From Bdellovibrionota bacterium (lineage in GTDB: Bacteria; Bdellovibrionota_C; UBA2361; JBGSMV01), in assembly GCA_041739995.1 (NCBI GenBank), contig JBGSMV010000031.1, positions 1 through 64,000 of the forward strand: a DNA stretch of 64,000 nt, given 5' to 3'. Position numbers and translations under genes: made by a program. This document shows positions 1 to 10,174 of the stretch, piece after piece. Position 1 is the stretch's first letter. Every line of letters begins with the position of its first letter. The notes below the pieces were generated by a model that was given only the letters and a program-made list of their open reading frames with translations, did not search any database and had not been told where the DNA came from.

Positions 1-125
1 GCCGTTGCTAAGCAGCTCCTCACTATCGACATACACAGAGGATTGGCGAGCAGCAGCAGTCCTTCCTCTACGCTAAAGGTCATAAACAGTACGCTCTGGT
101 GCGGGTGGTACTTCCTTATTCTCAT
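1..125 (-). CDS. Partial CDS (runs off the left edge), probable REP-associated tyrosine transposase (RAYT / Y1 HUH family) N-terminus
   Basis: Not in the ORF track. ATG at 125 gives an open frame to the window edge: MRIRKYHPHQSVLFMTFSVEEGLLLLANPLCMSIVRSCLAT. This resembles RAYT N-termini (R..Y.P..V.F.T...EEG.LL.P.....I.SCLA.A). Two GTAG-initiated repeats lie just upstream. The HUH motif would fall outside the window, so the family call is inferred. Confidence 0.55.
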   Translation of the reverse strand, partial: MRIRKYHPHQSVLFMTFSVEEGLLLLANPLCMSIVRSCLAT

Positions 126-134
126 CGAGGAGCC

Positions 135-161
135 TTATCGGCGAACTCTTCGAGAAGTTGC
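135..161 (-). promoter_or_regulatory. Sigma28(FliA)-like promoter upstream of the edge ORF
   Basis: The minus strand reads GCAA-N15-GCCGATAA (consensus TAAA-N15-GCCGATAA). The perfect -10 box at 135-142 lies 9 nt before the ATG, implying a near-leaderless mRNA. Confidence 0.4.
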
Positions 162-171
162 TTCGGCCGCT

Positions 172-239
172 GTAGCCCCGGTACAGGGAGGGATGAGAGT
201 GATTGATTGGGGGGTCGGGGGAGTAGCCCCGGTACAGGG
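172..239 (+). repeat. Two direct copies of the REP-like 17-mer GTAGCCCCGGTACAGGG
   Basis: Identical 17-mers at 172-188 and 223-239. Each is a GTAG tetranucleotide followed by a short CCC(C)..GGG(G) hairpin. Confidence 0.75.
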
Positions 240-247
240 GGGGCGCG

Positions 248-3200
248 CTAGCTAGGGCCCATGTTTACCTGAATGCGAACTGATCGCTCCCCAGCACTCT
301 CGGGATCTAGGAAACGGATTCTATCGCCCTCTTGGCGCACTCCATCTATGAGAATGGAAGCGACTCCGCGCTCTACTGAAAATTCATTTCGCACGTCTAT
401 CTGATACAAAACGCGTCCGACACGGAACTCAATGGAAAAGTCCTTCCATGTTGAAGGCACTACTGGGTCAATAGTGAAACAATCTCCGCGAACTTTAAGA
501 CCAAGAATGTGCTCGATTCCAACTTGATAGAGCCACCCTGCTGAGCCTGTATACCAACTCCACCCCGCACGCCCTGCCAGAGTGGGCGATGAGTACACAT
601 CACCAGCGGCAACATAAGGCTCACCCCGATACTGCTGAACCTCGGCGTTATTCCGCCCATGGTTAATGGGATTGATGAGCGAGAAGAGTTTAAATGCCTC
701 GTCCCCGCGACCCTCAGCTGCGGTGGCCATGACAACCCAAGCCGCGGCGTGGGTGTATTGACCTCCATTTTCACGCGTACCGGCCAGGTAACCTTTGATA
801 TACCCAGGCTCTAACTCACTGTTGTCAAACGGAGGAGCAAGAACACAAATAATCTTTTCTTCTTTGCGAACGAGCTCCCTGCGCACCGCCTGCATCGCCG
901 TGCGACTTCGCTCTCTATCCCCGCCACCCGTGATAACACTCCAAGACTGTGAAAGAGAATCAATCTTACACTCAGGGTTGTCGCGGCTGCCCAACGGAGT
1001 CCCATCATCAAAGTATGCCCTACGGTACCACTCGCCATCCCAGGCGTGCTCATCCACCGCTTGAACAAGACGTAGCGCCTGAGCTTCATACCGACTGGCA
1101 CGCTCGTCATCCTTCTTCCAGCGAGCTACCTCTGCAAATTTCTTAAGGGCGTCACTCAAGAACCATCCAAGCCAGACACTCTCGCCCTTCCCGTCCTTGC
1201 CGACCTCGTTCATCCCATCGTTCCAGTCTCCCCCACCCATGAGCGGCAGTCCGTGAGCGCCAAACACCAAGGCACGATCGAGTGCCAAGGTACAATGCTC
1301 ATAGACGCTGCCCACCTGCGCCGAAATATTAGGAAGCGCGTACGACTCCATATGATGCGGCTCAAGCTCTTGACCCTCAATGTACGGCACTCGCTCATCA
1401 AGCACAGAGTAGTCGGCAGTAAACTCCACATAACGCGCGACTACATAAGGAAGCCATAAATAGTCATCTGAAATACGCGTTCGCACCCCCCGTCCAGTAG
1501 GCGGATGCCACCAGTGTTGTACATCCCCTTGCAAAAACTGCCGGGCGGCGTGAATCAGAATCTGCGCTCGCGCAATGTCCTTGCGTGAATAGAGCAACGA
1601 AAGCACGTCCTGAAGCTGATCTCTGAACCCGATTGCTCCGCCGCTTTGATAGAATGCGCTTCGTCCGTATATGCGACACGAAAGGGTTTGGTACAGCAAC
1701 CAGCCATTCATCAAAATATCAAAGGCGCGATCGGGCGTCCGCACCTGCACCGCGCCAAGAGTTGTATTCCAGTAATGCTCAACTTTTCCTAGCTCAGTAA
1801 ATCGGTAGGCCGGGGAACGATGCCGGGGCGCAAGTCGCCGCGCTTCGTCAAGAGACGCCGCCTCATTCAAGAAGAACAATACTTCTCCACTCGCTCCCGG
1901 TTCAATAATCACCTCAACCTTAAGCACTCCACACGAATCGAATCCTGCACCCACCCTTCCAGAAAGATTCTTTTTGCTTTTTATCGGCGGAAGGAGAGAA
2001 GCGAGCGCTCCGGCTTCAGACGCCTTGAAGAATCCAGGAGACGAATGCAGTCCGTGCTGTCCTAAGAACTCCTGCCTACTCGTAGTAAAGGAGCTGAGCT
2101 TCAGGTTAGAGCCCAACGAGACGACTCGTCCTGCAAATTCATTATTATATTTATTTGTTGCGTGAACGAAGTCTCCCTTTACGTCGTACCCCGTCACCAC
2201 ATGTCGAACACTCTCTTCGCGAGAAATACCAAGTGTCCATTCAACTAACAGATAGATCTCAAGCCGTCGCTCCTCCAGGGTATGATTAGTGAGCTCAAGA
2301 TGCCACCACTTGACACGCTCAGTAGGCGACCCAGAAAGTGTCAGCCGACTTTCGATCCCATGTTCCGTAAGAAGAAATTGAGTACTACCGAACCGATGCC
2401 GCACCCGCGCCTTACCGGAGGGAACGATAGGACGAGGAGTGGCTGACCAAAGTTCGTCATGCTCTTCATCACGAATAAACACCACCTCACTGCAGGGATC
2501 TGAAACCGGATCGTTACTCCACGGAGTTAACTTATTCTCTCGACTATTCTCCGACCACGTATACCCCCCACCAGCCTCGGTGGCGAGAAATCCAAAGTGA
2601 GGATTTGCTACGACGTTCGACCACGGCAACGGTGGCACTCCGCCCTTAGTCAGCTCGATCTGATACGCCTTGCCCTTGTCAATGAATCCGCCTTGACCGT
2701 TGAAAAACTCAAGTTGTACTGACTCCTCAACTTTCGGCTGCTCGCTAAAAATAGTTGGCTCGACCTCGGCCACGGGGCTACGCACCGGCAACTCCTTTTC
2801 CTTGTCACCGAGTCGCAGTTGGACCGAAAGAGGCCCCTTTATGCCCCATAATACTACTCGAGCAACTGCCTCGATCAGTCCAATTTCTTGGGAAGACAGT
2901 TGTGCGCGAGTACGCAAGTACACTCCTCCCTTTCGGTCTGCCCCACTCCCCGCATGCCCGGCGCGCGCGACGAACTCAAGTTCATCTTGGAAGGCCTGGA
3001 GATATCCACCCGGATACTCGTTGACAATGATCAGATCAAATCCAATCCCTCTGAAACGCAGATACTGGTGGGCTAACAAAAGCTCGTGCGCAACCCGAAG
3101 GTGACTCGGCTCATCGACTCGAAGCAGCACAATCGGAAGATCGCCCGATACGCCGAATCGCCACAGTCCCGACTGAGTAAGCGCGTTACTACTAAGCGCC

Positions 3201-6200
3201 ACCTTACTGCCACGCAACGATTCAACATTATAGAAAATAGCTGCGGCAAGCCGCTGGAAGGCGTGAATTTGTCGAATCGACACTTGCTCATAGCGAAGCT
3301 CAATGTTGCTTTGGCTCCATGCCATTTCAAAGGCTCGCGTTACTGCATGGGAATCACGATATCGCTGGCCCAGCATCACAATCTCTTCTTTCGACTTCGC
3401 AAATCCAGTGACAAACACGGCCGACTCGGTCTGCCCTTCCTCAAGTTCAACTCGAGCCCTTAATGAGAATACTGGGTCAAGAACAGCTCCGATCGATCCC
3501 GAAAGCGGTCGCTCGCTCTCAAATACCTTCGGTGCATTTACTCGGTTACCGCGCCCCAAGAATTCAAATCTTGAACTCTCATACTGAGTAGGCTGCCAAA
3601 CCGTCTTCATCGTAAGCAGATGCATCAGATAGAGACGCCCCTCACTCTTCGATCGAGGACGACGAGAGAATATGAGTCCTTCAAAATCTTCGTTGTACTC
3701 CGACTCGATAAACATCTTTGAGAACACAGGATGTGCCAAATCTGCACGTCGATCAGCTAGTGCAACCTCCGCATAACTTGTGATCTCGAGATTCCTTCTT
3801 CTAGTCGAGAGGTTAGTGACTGAGACCTTTCGTATTTCGACGTTATCTTCAGGCGACACGGTGATCTCCGTATGGAGAAAGATCCCGAAATCGCGGCGCT
3901 TGAACTCAATTTTATCTTGGTTAAAGATCACTTCATAGGCTTCAGGCTCAACACGCGTGGGCTGATAGGCTACTGACCAGAGTTTTCCGTCATCAAGATC
4001 TCGAATGAATATATAAGTGCCGCTTTGTCCGGCGACGGCATCCTCCCGCCAGCGCGTAAGGGCGGTCTCGCTATCGAAAGACGAGAAGCCGTTTCCGGAA
4101 TTATCCACCATCACCGTATAGTGACCGTTCGAGAGAACGCGTGTACGCGGCGTTTGTAAATGCGGTGAAAAGAACTGCTCTGCCTTGGTAGTTCTCAAGT
4201 CTGGCGTTTCCACCGTCGGGGCCACATCACTATGCTGCGGCTTCACAATCTGGGCAGAATCAGGAAATCGCTCATGCAATAGAAGCTCGGTCGCTCGAAC
4301 CCAGGGGTCGGCATGGAAACGGCGCTGCATCACGCCTTGATGCAATGTATTATTGATCGCGACAAGCGACATGCCCTGATGATGAGAGAAGAACGTCTCA
4401 ACTTTATGGCTACTTTCTTCAGCGCTCAGGCGGGCAGGCGTGTAGTCAATCGACTCATAAAATCCATACTCGCCCCGCATTCCCTGCCGTTCAAGCACTC
4501 GTAGGTTCCGAAGTGCGGACAGCGGATCTACCATGAGGGCCAGTGCGGAAGAATACGGAGAGACTACCATGTCGTCCGCTAGGCCACGCTTAAGGCCGAG
4601 TGAGGGCACTCCAAAAGCTCGATACTGGTAGGTCTTCTCAAGGTCGACACCACTATAGGCGGACTCCGATACACCCCAAGGAATCGAATGTGCCTGTCCG
4701 TACTCTCTTTGTGTTTTCACCACCGCACGACACGTTTCTGCCAGCAATGTTCCTGGCGCCTCCCGCATCACTATTTGTGGCATGAGGTACTCAAACATGG
4801 TGCCGCTCCACGAGATCAGAGCTCCTCCACCCGGGGAATCCACAAGAGATCTTCCGAGTGCGAACCAGTGCTTCTGAGGTACTTCACCCTTCGCGATGGC
4901 GACGAAGCTCCCCAGCCGAGACTCTGACGCCAGAAGATCATAGGCGCTCTTATCGCGACGCCCGTCATCAATATGATAGCCAATTCTAAAGAGTCCCTGC
5001 TCCGTGTCGTAAAGAAACGCCAGGTTTACCTTTTGAATAATCTCTTGAGCTTGTCGCGCCAATGACTCAGCGCTCTCCCAACGGCTTTCGATAAACGAAA
5101 GTCCCTCTCTCACCCGAAGAGAAATTTGATCAAGCAGCTCTTCCCTATTCTCAAGAGAGCTCGCGTCGTTAGTCTCTATGCCCGGCTGTTCCAGGAGAGC
5201 TTCAATAGACTCAAGCATCTGCTTGAGTTGGTAGAGCGACGGAACCCCTTCGTGCGCGAGTTGCATGATGCGCTCGAGGATCTCCCCCCGCTTGGTGAGT
5301 CCACGCGCATCTCGCAGAAAGCTTGGGTCCCGAGAAGCATTGCTGTGCTCAAGCGAGTAATACCACCCTATTGCGGGCTCCAAGCGCAGAAAGGTCCGTA
5401 CAATTTCTCTGGTTTCCGCAAACGCAGCGAGATGCGAAGCATTAAGAAATAGCTCCGGACTTCCAAGCCTCTCCACCTCAACATCAAAGGTCTTGAGTGC
5501 TTTGAGCGATTTTGCAAGAGACGCAACATCGAGACACGGATGTGCGAGTTGATCGTAGAGATCTCTTGTTAATTTTAGAAATTCAGCATGCGTTGATGCC
5601 TCGTGCTTAGTAAGAGCAAGAAGATGCTGTCTGACATGCTCCCAGTGCGCCGCAGTTACCAGAGGCATGACTGGAAGTTCTAAGAATGCGGTTCTTGCCG
5701 CGAAAAGATGCCCTACCAGGTTTCCGCTATCTACGAATGAGATATAGCGAGGCGCCAATGGCGCGAGACTTTGAGTATCGTACCAATTTAGGAAGTGTCC
5801 GTGAAAACGCTGTAATTTCCCGAGTGTATTAAATGTTTTCTCGAGCCGCTCTACGACACCCGGCAAAGGCTCAAACCCAAGGTCATATGCCGAGATCACG
5901 CTAAGAATAGATACCCCGATGTTCGTTGGGGAAGTTCTCTTTGCAACTATTCGATCTGGGGCGACCTGGATGTTATCCGGTATGAGGAAGTTGTTCTCCT
6001 CATTCATAAGGTCATCAAAGAACTTCCAGGTCTTCCATGCGACTTCTCGCAAGTAATCGCGATCGTTCGACGTAAGCTTTTGATCAGCTGATTCCGCAGA
6101 ACCGCTCAGCCATCTGGCCATCGCTGGGGCAGCTGTCCAAAGAACAAGAAAAGGAAGCAGGTAAGGACTTCGTTCCGGAGCAACAACAGCCACCAGGAGA

Positions 6201-9139
6201 AGAACCAGCAGCACCGCGGCGAGTCCTGCGCCCATCTGCTTGATAACGCTCACGGAACCGCTTGAGGTACGCCGCTCGATCGTATCTGCCGACTCCCACT
6301 CAAGCAGGTGTACTTTGGACACGTACAAACGGTAAAGCGTTTGTAATATCGCATGAGCCAGGAGAGTGGCCTTGTACGGAAGAAAGCTGATCGTGAACAA
6401 AACCCGTAAGGCCTGCTTTTGAACTCTGCGCAGAGCCGCCCGAGCATACGCGCGAACAGGCACTTTGCGTGAAATCCCCGCCAGAGCATTCGCGAACTCA
6501 GCGGCAATCGGAAAACTAAGTACCGCGAGCACCACAAAAATCCAAGGTAACGGTGAGCCTGGTACTACTGTAACTGCAAGAACAAGGAGCGCAAAGCAAC
6601 TGGGAGGAACTAAGCTTCGACGAAGGTTATCAAGCAACTTCCAACGTCCAAGAGCGGAAAGCGGCGATCGATTCTTGGTTCGTTCAGCATTGGGTATGCG
6701 CCCTGCGATCCACGGCAGAAGCTGCCAGTCGCCTCTGACCCAGCGATGCATTCGCTTGGCATAAGAATAGTAATGAGAAGGAAAATTATCGAGTATTTCA
6801 ATATCAGACGCGAGAGCAACGCGCGCGAAACAACCCTCGAACAGATCATGACTCAATAACGCATTTTCAGGGACACGGTTATGCAACGCTTTCTCGAAAG
6901 CTCGCACGTCATAAATTCCCTTACCCAGATAAGACCCCTCCTCAAAAAGGTCCTGGTACAAATCTGCCACCATCAAGGTGTAAGGATCGAGTCCAGCGTG
7001 CCCGGCAAAAAAGCTTGCAAAACGCGAAGCATGCGCGCTGGGAAGCACCACGCCCACGCGCGGCTGAATAATAGCGTACCCCTGCGTGACGATGCCCTTC
7101 TGCTCATCAAAGACCGGGCGATTAAGCGGATGCTCCATCGCGCCAATCAGTTTGCGGGCGACTCCTCGCGGCAAACGCGAATCACTATCTAGGGTGATAA
7201 TGTATTTGATGCCGCGAAGGTGTTCCTTCTCCCCTACCAAGAGATTGAGCGAGGTAGTATCATCGCCAAGGATCAAGCGGTTAAACTCAGAGACTTTTCC
7301 TCTCTTTCTCTCCCAACCCATAAACTTTCGTTCAGAGGCGTTCCAAAGACGCCGTCGAAACAGCAGAAAGAACCGGCCCTCTGAGTCAGGGAAATGCCGG
7401 CTATTCAGTTGAGATATAAGATCCACGGCACGTGATACGATTGCTTCGTCACCAGGAACCGACTCGGCACTGGCGTCGCCTAGATCTGCCAAAAGTGCAT
7501 AGAGAATCTGCGGATCGTCATTGGCCAACATCTGGACTTCAAGCGCCTCAACCGCCCGGTCAACAGCGCTTGAATCCTGAAAGATCAACTGCACCGCTAC
7601 CACCGTGCGGCAGGCATCAGGAATATGAGTATCGAAGTCCAGCTTTGGGAGCGGGGACGGACCTCTCCAATGGGTCTCAATCCACTGAACAATATCAGTC
7701 GACAGACTGCTGAGCGGAATAGCCGCCAATAAAAGTGCCAGCAACGTAGCGCCCACCGCACCGCCCAATGGAACACTAAGCACTTCAAGTGCAGAGCCAC
7801 CTGCATAGAGCAAAACTATATAGAGAAACAGCGCCGTGAGCGCGACGATGCTCCCGACATACACGACGACAGCCTGAGCTTTAAGCCCACGCCGTATGCG
7901 CAAAATAATGCCGGCCTGAAATCCGAGCACCTGTTCACATGTCGCACGCCCACGCCCTACCAAGTAGTAGCCAACGTGCCGAAGTCGCTCGCGCTGCTCT
8001 CGCGCCTCTTGGTCCTTGTTCTCATCTGGGGGAACCTCAGCGTCGCGCGCAAGCGCTACCACATCGCGCGAGATCTGATGCTCAGAGCGTTTCAACTTAC
8101 GCGCGAGCCCCTCGATCCTATGACGATAGAGATCACGGGTGACAAAGTCGCAACGGCCATATATGTGGGCGGGGTCTTCTAAGAGGCTGCGGTGAACGAG
8201 GCTTACGGACTCAAACCAGCGCTTCCAATCGATGGTGCCCACCTCTCTGAGAGAGGCGACGCTGTTTCCGATTGAGATTTGATTCGCAGCCTGAGCATTC
8301 TGTTCCAAACGCGAAATTTCTTCGGGGTCATGTCCCTGCTCTCTCAAGCGCTCTTCAATCCACTGCAATGTTAGAGCGGATCGTGGCCCAAGCTCGCGCA
8401 AACGCCGCATCAAGCTCGGCGCACCGGGTTCAAGCGCACCCGGGTGATCGGCAAGTGCCTTCGCCAGCGAAAGCATTATGTCCGTTCCGGAGTTCTCCTC
8501 TTCTCCCACCACACTCTCGACGAGAGCTTCAGCCAGCACCTGCCGTTCCTTCGTCTCTGCATCAGACAGCGCAAGCCGCCGTAGGTTCTCGATCAGCCCA
8601 AAGCGCAGCATGATCGGCACAGCCCACAGCTCACCACTCGAGAGCTCAACCACTGACTGGTAGGCGTCAACAAAGAGCGTAAGTAACTGAGAATCCAGGG
8701 CAGCGTCGGTGTGCGAGAGAAACTCTAAAATGAGATGGTAGACCCGCGGGAAGTGCGCGAAGGGACCTCCTACGAGTTTCGGTAGCGTGTGGTAATATCC
8801 GCGTGGAAAGTCGCGGTAGATGTCGAGAACTTGCTCCTTAACTACGTGATAGTTATCGAGCAACCATTCAGCTCCAGAGGTAAGCGCTTCTTTGTCGTGC
8901 GCTGCGGCAAAAAGCTTCTCGTAGGTATCCTGCAGGACCTTGTCGTTTTCCTCGAATCGCTCATACAGCGTAATAGTTCCGCGCCGAGAAAGTATTACCT
9001 GGTGTTGCCTGGCGAGAACTTTGGCAAGGTCACTGAGCCCTTCAGAGCCAAGAATTTCTGATCGCAGGGGCCCCTCGATCGATCTTCTGCCCAAAAAAGG
9101 AACAATGGCACCAGAAACACTCTGATTTTCGTTATTCAT
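248..9139 (-). CDS. cgs: Cyclic beta-1,2-glucan synthase (Cgs/ChvB/NdvB family: GT84 + central glucoamylase-like domain + GH94)
   Basis: 2963 aa. Motifs AEWLLDNY, GWERKRGK, LLSHDLFEG, RWVRGDWQL, RTSPTNIG, YDLLASESRL, SWSGTMFEYLMP and WGVSESAY, plus GH94 motifs GFRDQLQD, GDWNDGMN and RENGGQYTHAA. Several TM segments. Confidence 0.95.
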   Translation of the reverse strand: MNNENQSVSGAIVPFLGRRSIEGPLRSEILGSEGLSDLAKVLARQHQVILSRRGTITLYERFEENDKVLQDTYEKLFAAAHDKEALTSGAEWLLDNYHVVKEQVLDIYRDFPRGYYHTLPKLVGGPFAHFPRVYHLILEFLSHTDAALDSQLLTLFVDAYQSVVELSSGELWAVPIMLRFGLIENLRRLALSDAETKERQVLAEALVESVVGEEENSGTDIMLSLAKALADHPGALEPGAPSLMRRLRELGPRSALTLQWIEERLREQGHDPEEISRLEQNAQAANQISIGNSVASLREVGTIDWKRWFESVSLVHRSLLEDPAHIYGRCDFVTRDLYRHRIEGLARKLKRSEHQISRDVVALARDAEVPPDENKDQEAREQRERLRHVGYYLVGRGRATCEQVLGFQAGIILRIRRGLKAQAVVVYVGSIVALTALFLYIVLLYAGGSALEVLSVPLGGAVGATLLALLLAAIPLSSLSTDIVQWIETHWRGPSPLPKLDFDTHIPDACRTVVAVQLIFQDSSAVDRAVEALEVQMLANDDPQILYALLADLGDASAESVPGDEAIVSRAVDLISQLNSRHFPDSEGRFFLLFRRRLWNASERKFMGWERKRGKVSEFNRLILGDDTTSLNLLVGEKEHLRGIKYIITLDSDSRLPRGVARKLIGAMEHPLNRPVFDEQKGIVTQGYAIIQPRVGVVLPSAHASRFASFFAGHAGLDPYTLMVADLYQDLFEEGSYLGKGIYDVRAFEKALHNRVPENALLSHDLFEGCFARVALASDIEILDNFPSHYYSYAKRMHRWVRGDWQLLPWIAGRIPNAERTKNRSPLSALGRWKLLDNLRRSLVPPSCFALLVLAVTVVPGSPLPWIFVVLAVLSFPIAAEFANALAGISRKVPVRAYARAALRRVQKQALRVLFTISFLPYKATLLAHAILQTLYRLYVSKVHLLEWESADTIERRTSSGSVSVIKQMGAGLAAVLLVLLLVAVVAPERSPYLLPFLVLWTAAPAMARWLSGSAESADQKLTSNDRDYLREVAWKTWKFFDDLMNEENNFLIPDNIQVAPDRIVAKRTSPTNIGVSILSVISAYDLGFEPLPGVVERLEKTFNTLGKLQRFHGHFLNWYDTQSLAPLAPRYISFVDSGNLVGHLFAARTAFLELPVMPLVTAAHWEHVRQHLLALTKHEASTHAEFLKLTRDLYDQLAHPCLDVASLAKSLKALKTFDVEVERLGSPELFLNASHLAAFAETREIVRTFLRLEPAIGWYYSLEHSNASRDPSFLRDARGLTKRGEILERIMQLAHEGVPSLYQLKQMLESIEALLEQPGIETNDASSLENREELLDQISLRVREGLSFIESRWESAESLARQAQEIIQKVNLAFLYDTEQGLFRIGYHIDDGRRDKSAYDLLASESRLGSFVAIAKGEVPQKHWFALGRSLVDSPGGGALISWSGTMFEYLMPQIVMREAPGTLLAETCRAVVKTQREYGQAHSIPWGVSESAYSGVDLEKTYQYRAFGVPSLGLKRGLADDMVVSPYSSALALMVDPLSALRNLRVLERQGMRGEYGFYESIDYTPARLSAEESSHKVETFFSHHQGMSLVAINNTLHQGVMQRRFHADPWVRATELLLHERFPDSAQIVKPQHSDVAPTVETPDLRTTKAEQFFSPHLQTPRTRVLSNGHYTVMVDNSGNGFSSFDSETALTRWREDAVAGQSGTYIFIRDLDDGKLWSVAYQPTRVEPEAYEVIFNQDKIEFKRRDFGIFLHTEITVSPEDNVEIRKVSVTNLSTRRRNLEITSYAEVALADRRADLAHPVFSKMFIESEYNEDFEGLIFSRRPRSKSEGRLYLMHLLTMKTVWQPTQYESSRFEFLGRGNRVNAPKVFESERPLSGSIGAVLDPVFSLRARVELEEGQTESAVFVTGFAKSKEEIVMLGQRYRDSHAVTRAFEMAWSQSNIELRYEQVSIRQIHAFQRLAAAIFYNVESLRGSKVALSSNALTQSGLWRFGVSGDLPIVLLRVDEPSHLRVAHELLLAHQYLRFRGIGFDLIIVNEYPGGYLQAFQDELEFVARAGHAGSGADRKGGVYLRTRAQLSSQEIGLIEAVARVVLWGIKGPLSVQLRLGDKEKELPVRSPVAEVEPTIFSEQPKVEESVQLEFFNGQGGFIDKGKAYQIELTKGGVPPLPWSNVVANPHFGFLATEAGGGYTWSENSRENKLTPWSNDPVSDPCSEVVFIRDEEHDELWSATPRPIVPSGKARVRHRFGSTQFLLTEHGIESRLTLSGSPTERVKWWHLELTNHTLEERRLEIYLLVEWTLGISREESVRHVVTGYDVKGDFVHATNKYNNEFAGRVVSLGSNLKLSSFTTSRQEFLGQHGLHSSPGFFKASEAGALASLLPPIKSKKNLSGRVGAGFDSCGVLKVEVIIEPGASGEVLFFLNEAASLDEARRLAPRHRSPAYRFTELGKVEHYWNTTLGAVQVRTPDRAFDILMNGWLLYQTLSCRIYGRSAFYQSGGAIGFRDQLQDVLSLLYSRKDIARAQILIHAARQFLQGDVQHWWHPPTGRGVRTRISDDYLWLPYVVARYVEFTADYSVLDERVPYIEGQELEPHHMESYALPNISAQVGSVYEHCTLALDRALVFGAHGLPLMGGGDWNDGMNEVGKDGKGESVWLGWFLSDALKKFAEVARWKKDDERASRYEAQALRLVQAVDEHAWDGEWYRRAYFDDGTPLGSRDNPECKIDSLSQSWSVITGGGDRERSRTAMQAVRRELVRKEEKIICVLAPPFDNSELEPGYIKGYLAGTRENGGQYTHAAAWVVMATAAEGRGDEAFKLFSLINPINHGRNNAEVQQYRGEPYVAAGDVYSSPTLAGRAGWSWYTGSAGWLYQVGIEHILGLKVRGDCFTIDPVVPSTWKDFSIEFRVGRVLYQIDVRNEFSVERGVASILIDGVRQEGDRIRFLDPESAGERSVRIQVNMGPS

Positions 9140-9670
9140 TAGACGTACAAAAAGAAGGGTAAACGCTTGAACAATACTAGGAGCTCTTCCCGACTTTCAA
9201 AGGTCGGAACAGGCCTTCAACTAAAGTCTTAAGAACTTGGGGGCCTTCCTAAAGATAGAGAGCTACCGCCCTTGATAATCCAAAGCGCTCTCGGGCCAGG
9301 TCGCCCTCGTCTATCCCGCATGTAGAGTACTTAGGTACAAAGCCCACGCAGGTTTGACCGACACTTTCTCTTGAGCTTCTTCGGAGAGACACTACTCTAG
9401 GACGCCCACAAGTACTACCCCGCTAACCGCCTCACAGAACGGCGTCTCCCTTTCCCTCTGTGCTCTCCATCTGTACTGGGGCTTCCGCACCGATCGGTGC
9501 TGGCTACATGGTTACCAGTGGCCAGCATCCCACCAGCCCAGCATCCCACCAGCATAGAAGCGGATTCGATCACTTCACCACCGACTATGAAACGTTTCAG
9601 AATCGGCCCGGCGCATCATTTGGGATCTAAGATTGCCCCAAGACGCTGGACACCCCTCGCTCACTCCGCG

Positions 9671-10078
9671 TTATCCCAACCGTGTCTTTAATAGTTCAGA
9701 CATCGCCCGCAGGGCATCGATCCAGGTAAAGATGCCGACAAGCTTGTGGTTATCCATAACCACTGCGCAACCGAATTTATTTTCGGCCATGCGATCGCAA
9801 ACCTCATCAAGTTGAGCGTCTGGTGTGACGGTGAAGACTTGCTCCACCGCACAGTCATTCACTTGCTGTCGCTGCAAGTCGACATCCTTAAAACTTTCCA
9901 TCACCAATATGTCGCGGTCCGAGATGATGCCCTTCAACTGGGTTCCTTCGAGGACGGGAAGATGGCGAATCTTCAACGTCTTCATCATTTCAGACGCCTT
10001 GGCGAGCGTCTCCTCAGCGGTGACGCTGTGTGGCGAGGTGGTCATATACTTCTGAATGGTCGGAATTGTTTTGCTCAT
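9671..10078 (-). CDS. CBS domain pair protein
   Basis: 135 aa. YMTTSPHSV...IRHLPVLEG..LKGIISDRDI and a second CBS repeat (GCAVVMD..KLVGIFTWID). Confidence 0.9.
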   Translation of the reverse strand: MSKTIPTIQKYMTTSPHSVTAEETLAKASEMMKTLKIRHLPVLEGTQLKGIISDRDILVMESFKDVDLQRQQVNDCAVEQVFTVTPDAQLDEVCDRMAENKFGCAVVMDNHKLVGIFTWIDALRAMSELLKTRLG

Positions 10079-10174
10079 TGGGGAACTCTAGCAGCCTACT
10101 CAGTGTCAGGGAAGTTTCTTCAACTGTATCAATCTAGCGCATTCTTGAAGTAGCTATTCATCTACATCGAAGGC

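Noticed and set aside
43..255. 70-aa plus-strand ORF
   Set aside because: It is antisense to the transposase-like ORF and runs through the two GTAG repeats (hence VAPVQGG twice); no SD was seen.
460..9125. Dozens of 60-134-aa ORFs inside cgs
   Set aside because: They are shadow or alternate-frame ORFs of a long conserved gene, with no motifs. The same applies to ORFs nested in the other long genes.
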